Part shown: positions 26,356-37,760 of the stretch, piece after piece | How positions within the stretch are numbered: position 1 is the first letter of the stretch | Layout: each line of letters opens with the position of its first letter | Assembly (NCBI GenBank): GCA_030141605.1 | Contig: JAQGDQ010000807.1 | Location: forward strand, 1 to 64,000 | Source of the DNA: Tubiluchus corallicola | Taxonomy: Eukaryota; Animalia; Priapulida | DNA: 64,000 nucleotides | Direction of reading: 5' to 3' | Position numbers and translations under genes: made by a program | The notes under the pieces: generated by a model | Told to the model about the DNA's origin: nothing | Database searches by the model: none | What the model saw: the letters and a program-made list of their open reading frames with translations, nothing else

Positions 26356-28588
26356 ACTGTTACTATTGGTAAAATGTTATTTCCGTTTTTTATCTTAATT
26401 TCAAGACGTTGGAATAAACACACAAAACGTTAGACTTGAAATGCAGAGGTTCCTAATTCAAAGCCATTTCAGTCTAGACTTTCTTATGTCTTCTTCCTTC
26501 CAGGTCATGTTTGCCTTCAGAAATTCTGGTTCACTTTCTCGTTTGTCACAGCACTAGTTGAAAAACAAGGAGGTTGCATTCACATGGACTCTGTGTCTCA
26601 TCTTCAGGTCGTAGTCTTGACCCCATAGTGAGTTAGATTCCGGCCTTGTCACAACGTACCACACTGGGCACGGTCACTGAATGCTGGATTGTACTGAATC
26701 ATATGAGAAATGACAAAGAATTATCAATTACATGAAGCATTAAAGCACCTTTGCACCGAAAAGGGTTCTTCTAAAATTATTGATAAGTCTTTGATTAATA
26801 CTGCCACTGACACCCCAAATAGCCACCCAAGGAAAACTAAAAACGTTTTATAAGGAAACTATTGCATAAAAGGTAGATAAAAGCAAAGTGCTGTGTGTAC
26901 AATAACCTCGCCGATGTTTCATACAAATAAATGAAATATCCTAACCAAAAATTTTTGTTAAAATACTTTTAGAAAACCAACCTTTTGCAAAACGATATTC
27001 GCTAGGAAAATTGGCAACACAAATATAGTTTTCAAATCCATAACTAGATGATAATTTTATAAATTCGAATTTTCCATGCATAATCTGCTGTCACAAACAA
27101 CTAAACGCTTCAGGTAAACAACTGAACATAACAACACCAACGTGCCCAACACACGAATTATTTCGTAGTTTTAATTCCCAGCAGTGACTTTACTGTAACT
27201 AGTGCAGTGTTCTGCCCGGTGTTAATGTTCTAATTTCCATCATTACTTTTTCAAAACCATCTTTGTTACAACGAACTAACTGCTCGAAGTGCAGCAATTA
27301 GCATGGCGATGTCAGTGACTGAGCACCACCAGCAGAATCATGTGTGAATGAAGGTTCCGGGCTGCTACTTCCACCCATTTCGAATCTCCTTTTCCTCTTC
27401 CTAACCCCCTCACTTCCACACCAGCTGCCAGCTACCTTGATCTGCCCCTTGATCTCCTAACCTACTGTTACAATAATTATGCTCTCCAAATGACTTTGCA
27501 GGTAAGATTACTTCAGTACGAAAATATGAGGTGAAATTACGCAGGTAATTTTCACTAATTTTCGGAATTCGCATATCTTTCCGCACTTGACTCAAGTTGC
27601 TAGCCTAATGTTGAAAGTGTGGCGATTAAAAACAGGGCGAAAAAGCTTTAGCGATTTGTCCTTTTAAAATCAGCATTACATATTATATACAAGGAATTAT
27701 TATACATGAAACACTGAGTGGAATGTTTGTGCATAAATGACTGTTCATAGACGCATAGTTATCACTGATGTGTTACTCAGCATCTAGTGAGCATCGAAAC
27801 TGCGAAAAGAATTATAAAAAATACTAGGACTAGGGCTGGATTAGGTGTTTCATGGGCATATGGCTATGAACAAATGAAGGGCCTGAAGTCCCACGCCGCA
27901 AAAGAGAGCCACACTTTCGTGTATTCCAGGTTTCCTTTTTCGGAAGAGTTATAAATTTCTCTCCAAGACTCCAACCAAGTGCCAGTAAAATTTTTTTTCC
28001 TATAACAACGGGTGAAAAACTCTACAAATACGAAATCACTTTTTGCTCATTCGAAGAATAACGTGTAGAAAAAAGTCCTAGCGGCATCCTAAGGAAGAAA
28101 ATTTATAGCTCTTTTACAAGAGGACATACCTGGCTGCAAAATAATGTGGATTTCTTTTACAAATCCTATACCAAGATAAAGGATTACAAATGACCAAGAT
28201 TAAAGTTGAGGAACATTTTTGGACGCCCGTTTATATATTCAATGTGTTGAACTACTGAATTTCATATACTCGTCTTTAGCAAGTCAGTTTTGATGAATTA
28301 GTTATCCCGTTTACTATATAACGTTATCTCGCTTTAATTGGTCATCGGTCTCAGGACACGGAGTGCCTATTAAAATTTAGGGCTACAACCTTATTAGCTA
28401 ATGGATAATCCGCCCTAGACTGACCGTTTACTGTTTCTTGGCCCACTGTAAGCGACTGACTATCGCCATTGATCGTTTGTTTGTTTTCATTTGTAGTTCA
28501 GTGAAGCAGTGAGATCAGCTGGTTTTTCCCCTTTAATTAATTAAGCTTAAATGAATGAAAATACTTACAAAGCATCACAAAGAACCAT
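24977..28588 (-). CDS. Uncharacterised ~276-aa low-complexity protein, possibly a secreted precursor (KR/RRR sites; Tyr/Gly/Arg/Pro-rich C-terminus)
   Basis: Coding exons 28588-28569, 26693-26660, 26153-26059, 25658-24977 with GT-AG sites and phases 2,0,2; 831 nt. Reads MVLCDAFTIQHSVTVPSVALA-GYIRSPDAQRPYKHDVRYKPDRPPLQREKIPEHELQ... The last exon is a long open frame; the 5' end is less certain. Confidence 0.6.
26210..26353. repeat. (ATT)n/(GTT)n microsatellite
   Basis: Seen directly. Confidence 0.95.
27831..28417. mobile_element. hAT-like MITE remnant
   Basis: Terminal inverted repeat TAGGGCTGGATTA ... TAATCCGCCCTA; TSD not recognisable. Confidence 0.4.
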
Positions 28589-28689
28589 GAGAACAGATCG
28601 ACAGACCTTCGAGGCTTTCCTAGTTTGTGTTAATAACGTGCAAAAAGCAAAAAAATTTAAATACATAAATAAATAAATAAATATAAAGA

Positions 28690-29005
28690 ATCTCAAGTTT
28701 TTAAAACCCCAAGTGCACATCTACCCCATAGTGCCTAAATACCTGTGAAAAAATAGAATTAAACTGAAAGCCATAAGAGGAGTTGAGTAATAATCGAAGA
28801 ACTGGCCGATGACCACTGTCCTTCACCATCCGGGGTCACTAGTCACCATAGCGCTGCCTGTCCCCTACCCTCAGGTGTTCACCCACCAAGTTTGGTGACT
28901 CTAGGTACCAGCGTTTTGGAGTTATTCACTGTCGCAGCGGAGAACAATAAAGAAAAAATAATAAACGGTTGATTTCCAAGAAGATTCTGCTATATGAGAA
29001 TCTTA
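28690..29005 (+). mobile_element. Diverged member of the repeat family seen at 1040-1837 and 560-674
   Basis: Collinear similarity with 560-650 and with the reverse complement of 1040-1220. Confidence 0.55.
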
Positions 29006-29859
29006 AAAATGTGCGGGCCTATTGTACAATGGTTAGTCAAATACATTAGTCTAGTTTATAAGAGCATTGTTTTGGTCTTGTAACGATTGTGCTTTGTGTC
29101 ACTTAAAGGAAAACTGTATGATTGTGTAAACATTAGTTCAGAATGAAGAATGCTCTAAAATATTGAAAACTACAAAAGTTTTTTTTAAATCAAAGCTTAG
29201 ATTAAATAATAATTACCGCGGGTACTCAAATTTCGTTAAACTTTCAAAGCTGCGCGACTCAGTGAATCTACTAAGACTGGCAGCGGCGCCTTTTTGTCAC
29301 GTTCGCGTGGCCGACAAATAGAAGGCGGTACCGTGATAAGCATGATCATGATCTTCAGTGTTAGTTTCTGACGTCATATGATGTAAAGCCCATTTTTCGT
29401 GACATCATGCGTTTAAACAGTACTGTAACACTTATGCAAATGTTCTTGATGCGCAAGGGAAGACGCCTGCCATTGCACAAACTGTGGTTAGTTTCTGACG
29501 TAAGCAATAGCTGTGTTCGGTTGCCGTTAATTAAGTTCCTAAGCTAATTATTCAAATATAAGGAACAGTTGTTAACTTTTATAGGCAAGAAAATGTATAT
29601 TTTTGACAGTAAATTAAAATGAGATTGAGTCTAAAAAATCGTCCGGTCTTTCTTTAACAAAGATCGATTTCAGATGACACTGTTACCCTTTTACGAACCA
29701 AAATGAACGAGTTGCAGTTTGGTCAACCTTTTTGTATAAATTCTATTCGCCGCCCGGGCAAGTTGAGGCACAAAAGTGATATTTTATTAATTTTTACTAA
29801 CATGTATAGAAAAATGAGAAGGAAAGGCAGGCGTGAATGAACTTTAACAATAAAGATTA

Positions 29860-30130
29860 AAAGATTATAAAACAAAGAAAGAAAGAGTGAAAGAAAGACA
29901 GAAGGAAACAAAGAAAGAACTAAAGAGAGAAAGAAAGAAAAAAGGAAAAGACAAAGGGAAAAGAAAACAAAAACGAATAAAGAGAAGAGAGAGAAACACG
30001 AAGGAAGAAGTAAAACAGAAAAAGAAAGAGCAAAGAAGGAAGATGTTAAGAAAAAAAGAAAATAGAGAATGACTGAATGATATGAGGCAGGGAGGAAAAA
30101 GACAGAAATCACGAAAAAATAATAAAAGGA
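29860..30130. repeat. Purine-rich (GAAA/AAAG) low-complexity tract
   Basis: Seen directly; it explains the spurious ORFs at 29723-30170. Confidence 0.85.
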
Positions 30131-30292
30131 ACCATAATAAACTTGGCGTGTACGAAATTAAAGGGGTCACGTTAACATATACCAGGTAGTGTGTAATGGA
30201 TTTAATTGATGTTTAACTAGACCTACTAAAGCTAACAAGACCCGTCTATGATGAGGGTGATGATTTTCAAACAGGCCCTATATTTTACTCAC

Positions 30293-30405
30293 TTGACCGT
30301 TCACACTACCACTGAACGTTTAGAAGGTATCCACGTTGAAACAGAAGAAAGACTTTGCTTTGTCGAACCTTAAAGTGATTTATTTAAAACAACTTGAAAC
30401 ACAAG
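30293..30405. promoter_or_regulatory. Putative bidirectional promoter / overlapping non-coding first exons
   Basis: A minus-strand donor CAA|GTGAGT at 30293/30292 and a plus-strand donor AAG|GTAAGT at 30405/30406 face outward. Each has a matching downstream acceptor (28620, 30592). Confidence 0.4.
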
Positions 30406-30608
30406 GTAAGTTCGTAAGTTTGCATACGACATTTATGCAAGTACGTATACGGGTGATAACTGGCTCGTCATAAGGTATGCGTTTCATATTCTTATACCAG
30501 TGATTTTTGTTATTAAATTTTAAGCTTATAAAAATTTCCAATAGTGCATTTTACCTTTAACAACTATCTCTAGGTGAGAAACATTTTTTCAGGACAAATA
30601 CAGACATA

Positions 30609-33600
30609 ATGTTAGAAAGAACAGCAAAGTTAGTATTCTTCGTGGTGTTCACAACAACTCTGGTAAGTAGACGCAGTTGCTCATGTGCAAGGACTGGCTC
30701 ATTCCTGTAAGTTGATTCTTCTTACATTACATGCATAGCAAACATTAAGCTCAATCCCTATATTTTGTTGAGCATAATATGCCTCAGTAATACGGTAATG
30801 CCTGTAAGTAACTAAGTACTAAGTACTAGGTACTAAGCAGTAAGTACTAAGAATGCCATGATTCTTAACACAAAGCTATGATTACATATATGCTCCTCGA
30901 TACATTTGTGAACTTCTTTTTTTACGTCAAGCATCTTACAGGCTAACATCATCTAAGATCGAACGAAGGACTTTTACTGTACCAACCTGTATGTAAACTT
31001 AGCATGGTTCAAGACAGTTCTTTTAGGTCTAGTGGCCCAGTCTCTGGAACGCGCTTCCATGTGAAATCGGGTCTTGCGAAAATTTTGAAAAGTTTAGACA
31101 CCTTTTAAAGAGGCACTTATTCGTGCAAACATACAACTGAAAACATTTTGGGATTTATAAGCAAATTTAATTTTATTCTTATTACTGTGACCGAAATATA
31201 TGGTCAAAAGGCATTCTGGTGTAGTGTGAACTGTTTTTTTCCTAATGGCTTCACAAATCATTTTATAATAGAATAAGTTTTTTTCTAGACTTTTATTTTA
31301 ATTTTACTAATTTTTTGTGAAATCTTGTATTATTTAGCTGTTTTAAATCGTCATTTTAGTAATACTTTTATGTTTTTTCTGTACAGCATTCAAGTGCACA
31401 TTTATATGATTTTACGCCGAACAAAAGTAAATTAACTTGAGCTTAAACTTAACTAATAGCCACTGTAAGGGGGGAGAGATTTATGATGGGGATATTGCCA
31501 TGTTGAGCGCAAGAGAGTATTCTGCCACTTTAATAAAAGTTAGATTTATTATCAATTAAGTTCAACCCGTTTCGCCTATGATCTTTCTCAATTTAAAGAG
31601 CTACATGCGTTTTTTTGTTTATAGATCATTAAATTTTTATAGGAAATGGCTAGGCTACTAAATTTGTACAATGTCAATATTGTTTAAATTGTCTTGTTGT
31701 GTACTATCTCGTGCCATCACTGCATATGATAATCTTATCAATAAATTGGCTTAATTATCTACTTAGACCTTTATATATAATAATTAATATATATAATATA
31801 TTATCATACAGATACATATGCATCTGTGTCTCAAGTTTCTCCCGGCTTATATATATTACTTAATACAATGTATATGTGTATACACACACACACATATATA
31901 CATTGTTTTAAATGATATATAAGCGGGGAGAAACTTGAGATACAGGCGTTTTTACTATAATGGTAACCTAATCGAAAGCGTGCAAAAATTACTTGGGACT
32001 TGATTTCTATGCCTCTGCATCATTTTTCCAAAATCATCAGTTCGTTAACGATAAAGGTAAAAAAATCCTCTTTGGAACTTTGAATAAATTACTGTTACAT
32101 GATCTGGGCACTAGTTTGGCTATAAATATATTTTATTCTACTGTTAGACCTATCATCACTTATGGGTCTGAAATATGGGGGGGCTTTTGCTTTAAATGTA
32201 GAAAAATCACTGGAGAGAAATACTTTTGAAGCTGATTATGATAAGGTAAAAAGCGAACTTACTGTACTGAAATTTTGTAAACGTACGCTTGGCATTCATT
32301 CTTAACTAGCAATTTTGCTGTTAGGGCAGAGCTTGGTATATACCCAGTTTATATAATTATAATTAAATTAATGATGAAATTCTGGTTGCATATTTTAGAA
32401 CTGCCTAAAGATAGCTTAGTATATAATGCTTATTTGATGTGCAAAGAATTAGATATGAATGGCAACTATACCCGGATTACATGCATTAGGAAAATATGTA
32501 AATTTGGCTTTGCCCATGTATGGGACAACGGATGTACTGTTAGCAAAACAAAGCTAAATAACTCAATCAAAAAGAAATTGTTAGTAACTATAATAGCTAT
32601 TTTGTAGATGGATAATAGCCCTAGTTTTAATAAACTAAAAACATATAGACTGCTTAAGTCTGAATATAAACTTAAAAATCATCTTTCGTTTACTGGTGTT
32701 CCTAAAGAACATAAGGAAAATTCCGCGTTAGCCCGCACAGACAGCAAATTGAGGCTGGTCGATAATTATACTAGACCCGAAACTCCTGTTGAAATGAGAA
32801 AATGTACTTTCTGTAAGAATGGGAGCACAAAAGATGAATTTTATTTTAGTATGCAATGTAATGTTTATTGGCAAGAAAGGACTGCTTTCTTAAGTCAAAT
32901 ATTATATATTTTTCCAGAATTTCCATCCACGTGTGATATCTATAAGTTTAGATTTTTAAACATAAGAGATGTGGAAGTTAAGAAATTGTTGGTTAATTAT
33001 GTGCATTAAATTTCCACTATACGTGATTCTAAATTAAGAGATTAGCGAATTAATTTTGCTGAGAATTAATGCATTAAACCAGCACTGTGATATACATGCA
33101 GATGTGTTTGTTAATTATTGTATTTTTGCTTTTTACCAACTACGCTTAAAAAGAGCCCTGTTTTGTAGAGACGCGTTCCTGTATGCGTTGTTTATTAAGT
33201 GTGTGATTTGTTAACTGTACTTGTGTTTATGTTTGTTAAATAAAGCGTTTATATATTACATATATCGTTTTAAGTGATAAATAATATAGCTCTAGTTTTT
33301 GGCAAAAGTACGCTTAGAATTTCATTGACAGCTAGTTTGCTAACCCATTAGTTTCGTTATAGAGGAGGCGAATGACTTCCCCATTCAGAAATCTGCGAGC
33401 CAACATGAGCTCATTGCTCAAGAAAATTAACATTAGACAGTAATTTAACATTACAGTTAGACTTTCTAGTACAATATCATTAAGATTTAAATGACTTTGA
33501 TGATAGTTAACAACTTTTCGTTTTTTATATAGTGGACAACAATTACCTCCAAGGGATACGGAAGACATAGTAAAAAAAATCACGGTTAGTTTATTTTCCA

Positions 33601-35076
33601 CTTTTACCTAAGTGAAATTTAATTAATAGTTCGAAATCTTCTTTTGGCGACTGAATTTTGAACGCAAACTTACACACGAAATAATTCAGAACGGATTAAA
33701 TTAATGTCTCAAAATAATGCATCTAAGTTAATTGCAAAAAACTGATCTAGTTAGTTAATATTTGCTCTAGCGCCAGCAAGTTAACCCTGGAAATTCTGAA
33801 ATTGTTGCCAAGTTATAAGGAATTTTTAAGGATTGAATTAGCACCTATCACGCCATGATAGCCTGGCGATGATGACGTTCGCTTTGTAAGCAAAGAACGT
33901 TCATGATTCTAATTCAACTGTCTCCCAACTTCTCACAGTTCCATTCTTTCGAGCAAGTTTAATTTCAAAATTATACAACAAAATTTATACTATATTGAAT
34001 GAAGTATTTTAAATAAGGTATTGCTCCCGTCCTCATGGAAAGCCCGTTCCATCCGGGTTTTTCACTACATAGTTGGACAGCATTTCAGATACCTAAAACG
34101 TGTCTCGTTTTAATCCTGTCTGTTTGACAACCAGTCTGCTCTGACCATTATAATGTCTGTAGGATATGGGCTAGACAGTCTAGGTTTCATATCGTTTGAC
34201 GGTTACACTCATCATGATGCACGGAAGGAAGGACACGGCAACGGACATGGTAGCGGTTATGCTGGCTACAACAAAGGCCATCACGGTGGTTATGGACTTG
34301 GACACCTTGGCCACATCTCATTTGATGGCTATGGGCATCGCGGAAATGGACGCAACCACGGAAATGATGGTTATGGTGGAAGCGACCACAGTGGTGGATA
34401 TGGTGGAAATAACCATGCAGGAGCCTATGGTGGAAGTGGCGGTTTCAGTGACGGCCATGGCGGATCTGGCAGCCATTTAGGTGGCTATGGTGGAGGTGGT
34501 CATGGTGGTTATGGTGGAGGTGATCATGGTGGTTACGGTAGTGGCCATGGTGGTTACGGTGGAGGTGATCATGGTGGTTACGGTAGTGGCCATGGTGGTG
34601 GGCATGGTGGTTACGGTGGAGGTGGTCATAGTGGCTATGGGGGAGGTGGTCATGGTGGTTACGGTAGAGGTGATCACGGTGGCTATGGTGGAGGCGACCA
34701 CGGTGCAGGCTATGGTGGATATGGTGTTGACCATGGAAGCTATGGAGCCCATGGAGGGTTTGGTGGTTATGACAATGATTATTCCGGAGGCTACAAAAAA
34801 GGCGGAAATCGGGGTGGCGGATATGGTGGTGGCGCAGGTGGTGGTGGAGGCCATGGTGGAGGCGGAGGTGGTGGTCATGGTGGAGGGCACGGAGGTGGTG
34901 ATGGAGGTGGATATGGAGGTGGTAAAGGTGGATTTTTTGGAAAAGGTTTTGGTGGTGGTTTTGGTGGTGGCCACGGAAGTGGCTATGGTGGAGGAAGAGG
35001 TGGAGGATATGGAAGTGGACATAGTGGAGGAAACACGGGTGGACACGGAAAAGGCGGTTACGATGATTCATACTGA
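30609..35076 (+). CDS. Secreted Gly/His/Tyr-rich repetitive structural protein, ~331 aa
   Basis: Exon 30609-30662 (MLERTAKLVFFVVFTTTL, donor CTG|GTAAGT) joins in phase 0 to the acceptor at 34135 (SALTIIMSVG-YGLDS...), giving a signal-peptide-like N-terminus. GGYGGGDHGGYG repeats; stop at 35076; AATAAA at 35097-35102. Confidence 0.85.
30930..31140 (+). mobile_element. L2/CR1-group LINE 3' end fragment
   Basis: HHLRSNEGLLL...SFRSSGPSLWNALP...FRHLLKRHLF pattern. Confidence 0.55.
31900..33245 (+). mobile_element. Degraded non-LTR retrotransposon ORF2 3' part (clade uncertain, RTE-X-like C-terminus)
   Basis: VRPIITYGSEIWG, KFCKRTLG, AVRAELGIYP, KFWLHIL and a C-terminal CTFC...C zinc-finger remnant; stops and frameshifts; AATAAA near 33240. 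Confidence 0.7.
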
Positions 35077-36569
35077 TCAGCAAAACATTTTTTGTTAATA
35101 AAGTAATATATTTTTATTGTTCTAATGCGTCAATTGCTTTTTTATATTATAATTCACAATAAATGAAAATGACATAAAGATAGAGATTTGTCAAAACATG
35201 TTACTGTTACTTTTGTGATGGGTATATTCTGGATTACATTCTCCACAAAACAATATGAAGATTTGCCACAGACACTAACGCAGTATAAACATCACAAAAA
35301 CACGTTACATAATTGTCCTAGTACAGAGATAAAATGCCAATCTATATGGCAGCGGTAAAGCCACGTGCATTAACTTGATAGAGAGATCATAAATTACTAG
35401 TTAACTAAATAATAAATAACTAATAAATAAATGGCAAAAAAGGTCTGCATCTAATCAACTGAATTAACAGCTCACTTGAACTTTGTAGCAAACAATTTCA
35501 CAAGATCGGCATACTAATGCAAAAACAGATAAAATAATGTTTGGTAATTATACTTAGTGATGTGTATAAATCATTAATTAAAACTGCATTTTACTAACTA
35601 AGAGTGCTAGAGCCCAATCGAATAACCGCTCATAAAAATTAAACTTTAATAGAAAACATAAATGTATCATCTCACAGAGCAGCTGTATAAATTTAGAAAG
35701 TATGATACACATTAAGAGACAACCATTTTACTAAGCTGCTAAATATGATTCCTATAGTGGTAAAACATTAATAGTAAGCCAATATGAAGATAATAGTAAT
35801 ACTGGATGTAGGCATCCATTAGCTTTCTCTCACAGTAAAACTTCATTAACCTGCACCACGCATGCAACTACATTCATCACATTTCTTAATTATTGTAAAT
35901 CAAAAGATTATTCCAATACTTATGAGTGATATAAACATAACAATGGTGAGCATAAATGTGATATATACGAAAAAGAATTACTAGAAATCACATGATCAAA
36001 AATGTAAAAATGCATCATCGCCAAGACTTATTTAATATAAAATGTTAAGCAGTAAAAACTAAGTGACCACGAAATTTTAAACCGACTTGAGTTATGTCAA
36101 AAATTAGCACACACAAAAATATGCTCATGTAAGTCAAGGACATACGACTACATATATGCCACCAGCAAATGTAAAAATGTAAAACTATGAGACCTTTTCT
36201 TTAATTGAATTTAATACCCATGAATTAACATGTACAATTTTACTGTGATTATATTAAGATTTATAATATTGAAAAGTCACTGATAGAAGAGATATTAGTT
36301 TTAAGACTTTGCCCAATGATTAAATGTTGAAATGTCACCGGTAAACACACATTAATTTTAATACTTGTGCTCACCAATGATTTATTGCAAACTTTAATAA
36401 GCAAGTAAGAATTAATAACAAATATTGATATAAAAAATCCTCCATTAAAATATATTTCTGTAGACAATAATAGATATTAGCTGTTGTAAAACACTAAAAA
36501 ATATAACAAGACTGAATTATTAATGTCACAACAATACTGGCACTGTACGATAAAAAAAGTAAATAGCTA

Positions 36570-37760
36570 CTAAACAGCCGACTGCTTACTGGAACTGATC
36601 TCATACACATTGCTTGGATTAACTCTTCTACTGCTTCGCTTTCCGGGTGTGCTCACTAGTGAAAAGGCAAGACGTCGCGGCAGCATTTCTTGGCAAGTTT
36701 CACGAAACTTTGCTATTCTCCACGCATACACTAACGGGTTTAAAGCAGCATTAGTATAACTAAGCCATAGCACTGCAGTGTAGCCTGGAAAATGATCTCG
36801 ATCTGACCAAATCCAAATGAGATAAGCAAATGAGTAAGGACTCCAGCATACGACATACACAAAAAATAATATAAGAATTGTGGTAAATGCGCGAGTTTTA
36901 AAGTTCATATCAACCTTAAATCGTTGTGTGCAAGAAGTTGTAGGTAACCGTGGCTGGCCTCTGCTTTCTTGTGCTGGCAAATTGTGAATTTTCACAAAAT
37001 TTTTTCGCACAGTTCTAATAACTCTTGCATAACAGAAAAGCATTAGCAAAAATGGTATGAAGAATATTATACAGATATGTAAAGCGATATATAAGTTACT
37101 TACAGTGGAATCTCTTATCAAATGGCACTGCAATTGCCCAGGATGAAAGTTGTACTTCGACCAACCAAACAGTGGCGGTAAGCTTATGGCAAATGCACAA
37201 CAAAATGATACAAAAATGATAAATTTGACTCGAAACTGGTTCAGTTTTTCCTTTCTCCAAACGATTATCAAGTATCTATCAAAACTTATGGTGGAAAATA
37301 TTACTATAGCTTCTACTATGAGAATTGTGTGCAATAATGCATGAAGTTGGCAAAATTGATCACCAAAAATCCAATCTGTAGTGAAGACAGTAATCAAAGG
37401 AAACAGAAGGCACACAAGTGACAAGATTGCGTGACAAAATGCCATTGTTGCCAGAAGAAGATTTATAGCAGATTTCATGGCTGGTTTTCTGTAAACAATA
37501 ACAACAATAATGATATTACCTATTGTACCCACGAAGAATATCAAAGACGCCACAAGCACTGAGAAAACTTTAGCCGCTACAGAAAGACTCGCAGATTCAG
37601 GAATCGTACTGTTAGTGTCAACTGAAATATTCTGATATACTTCAGTTGTAAAATATGATAACACCCGTGAAGGCAAAACAGTATCATTTAATATTGTTGA
37701 CATCGAGCTTAAGTTTGTTGTATGCACTATATTCACAAACGGGTTTGTAGTATTCTCCAT
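36570..37760 (-). CDS. Rhodopsin-class orphan GPCR of the GPR45/GPR63 (PSP24) family, intronless CDS, ~396 aa from the first ATG
   Basis: Seven hydrophobic helices; family-typical SAINLLLAT, FDRYLIIV, VDMNFKTRAFTTILILF, CWSP, NPLVYAWRIAKFRETC, RRVNPSNVY and C-terminal QSAV; several N-glycosylation sequons after MENTT. The frame stays open upstream to 38069 without an ATG. Confidence 0.9.
   Translation of the reverse strand: MENTTNPFVNIVHTTNLSSMSTILNDTVLPSRVLSYFTTEVYQNISVDTNSTIPESASLSVAAKVFSVLVASLIFFVGTIGNIIIVVIVYRKPAMKSAINLLLATMAFCHAILSLVCLLFPLITVFTTDWIFGDQFCQLHALLHTILIVEAIVIFSTISFDRYLIIVWRKEKLNQFRVKFIIFVSFCCAFAISLPPLFGWSKYNFHPGQLQCHLIRDSTVSNLYIALHICIIFFIPFLLMLFCYARVIRTVRKNFVKIHNLPAQESRGQPRLPTTSCTQRFKVDMNFKTRAFTTILILFFVYVVCWSPYSFAYLIWIWSDRDHFPGYTAVLWLSYTNAALNPLVYAWRIAKFRETCQEMLPRRLAFSLVSTPGKRSSRRVNPSNVYEISSSKQSAV

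Noticed and set aside
29723-30170. Lys/Arg-rich and Phe/Leu-rich ORFs
   Set aside because: Low-complexity purine tract; no splice or homology support.
34196-35098. Overlapping long ORFs in other frames and strand (His-rich 212 aa, Thr-rich 189 aa, Val-rich 205 aa)
   Set aside because: Shadow frames of GGT/GGA/CAT/TAT codon repeats, which rarely create stops; only the Gly-rich frame links to a signal-peptide exon and a poly(A) signal.
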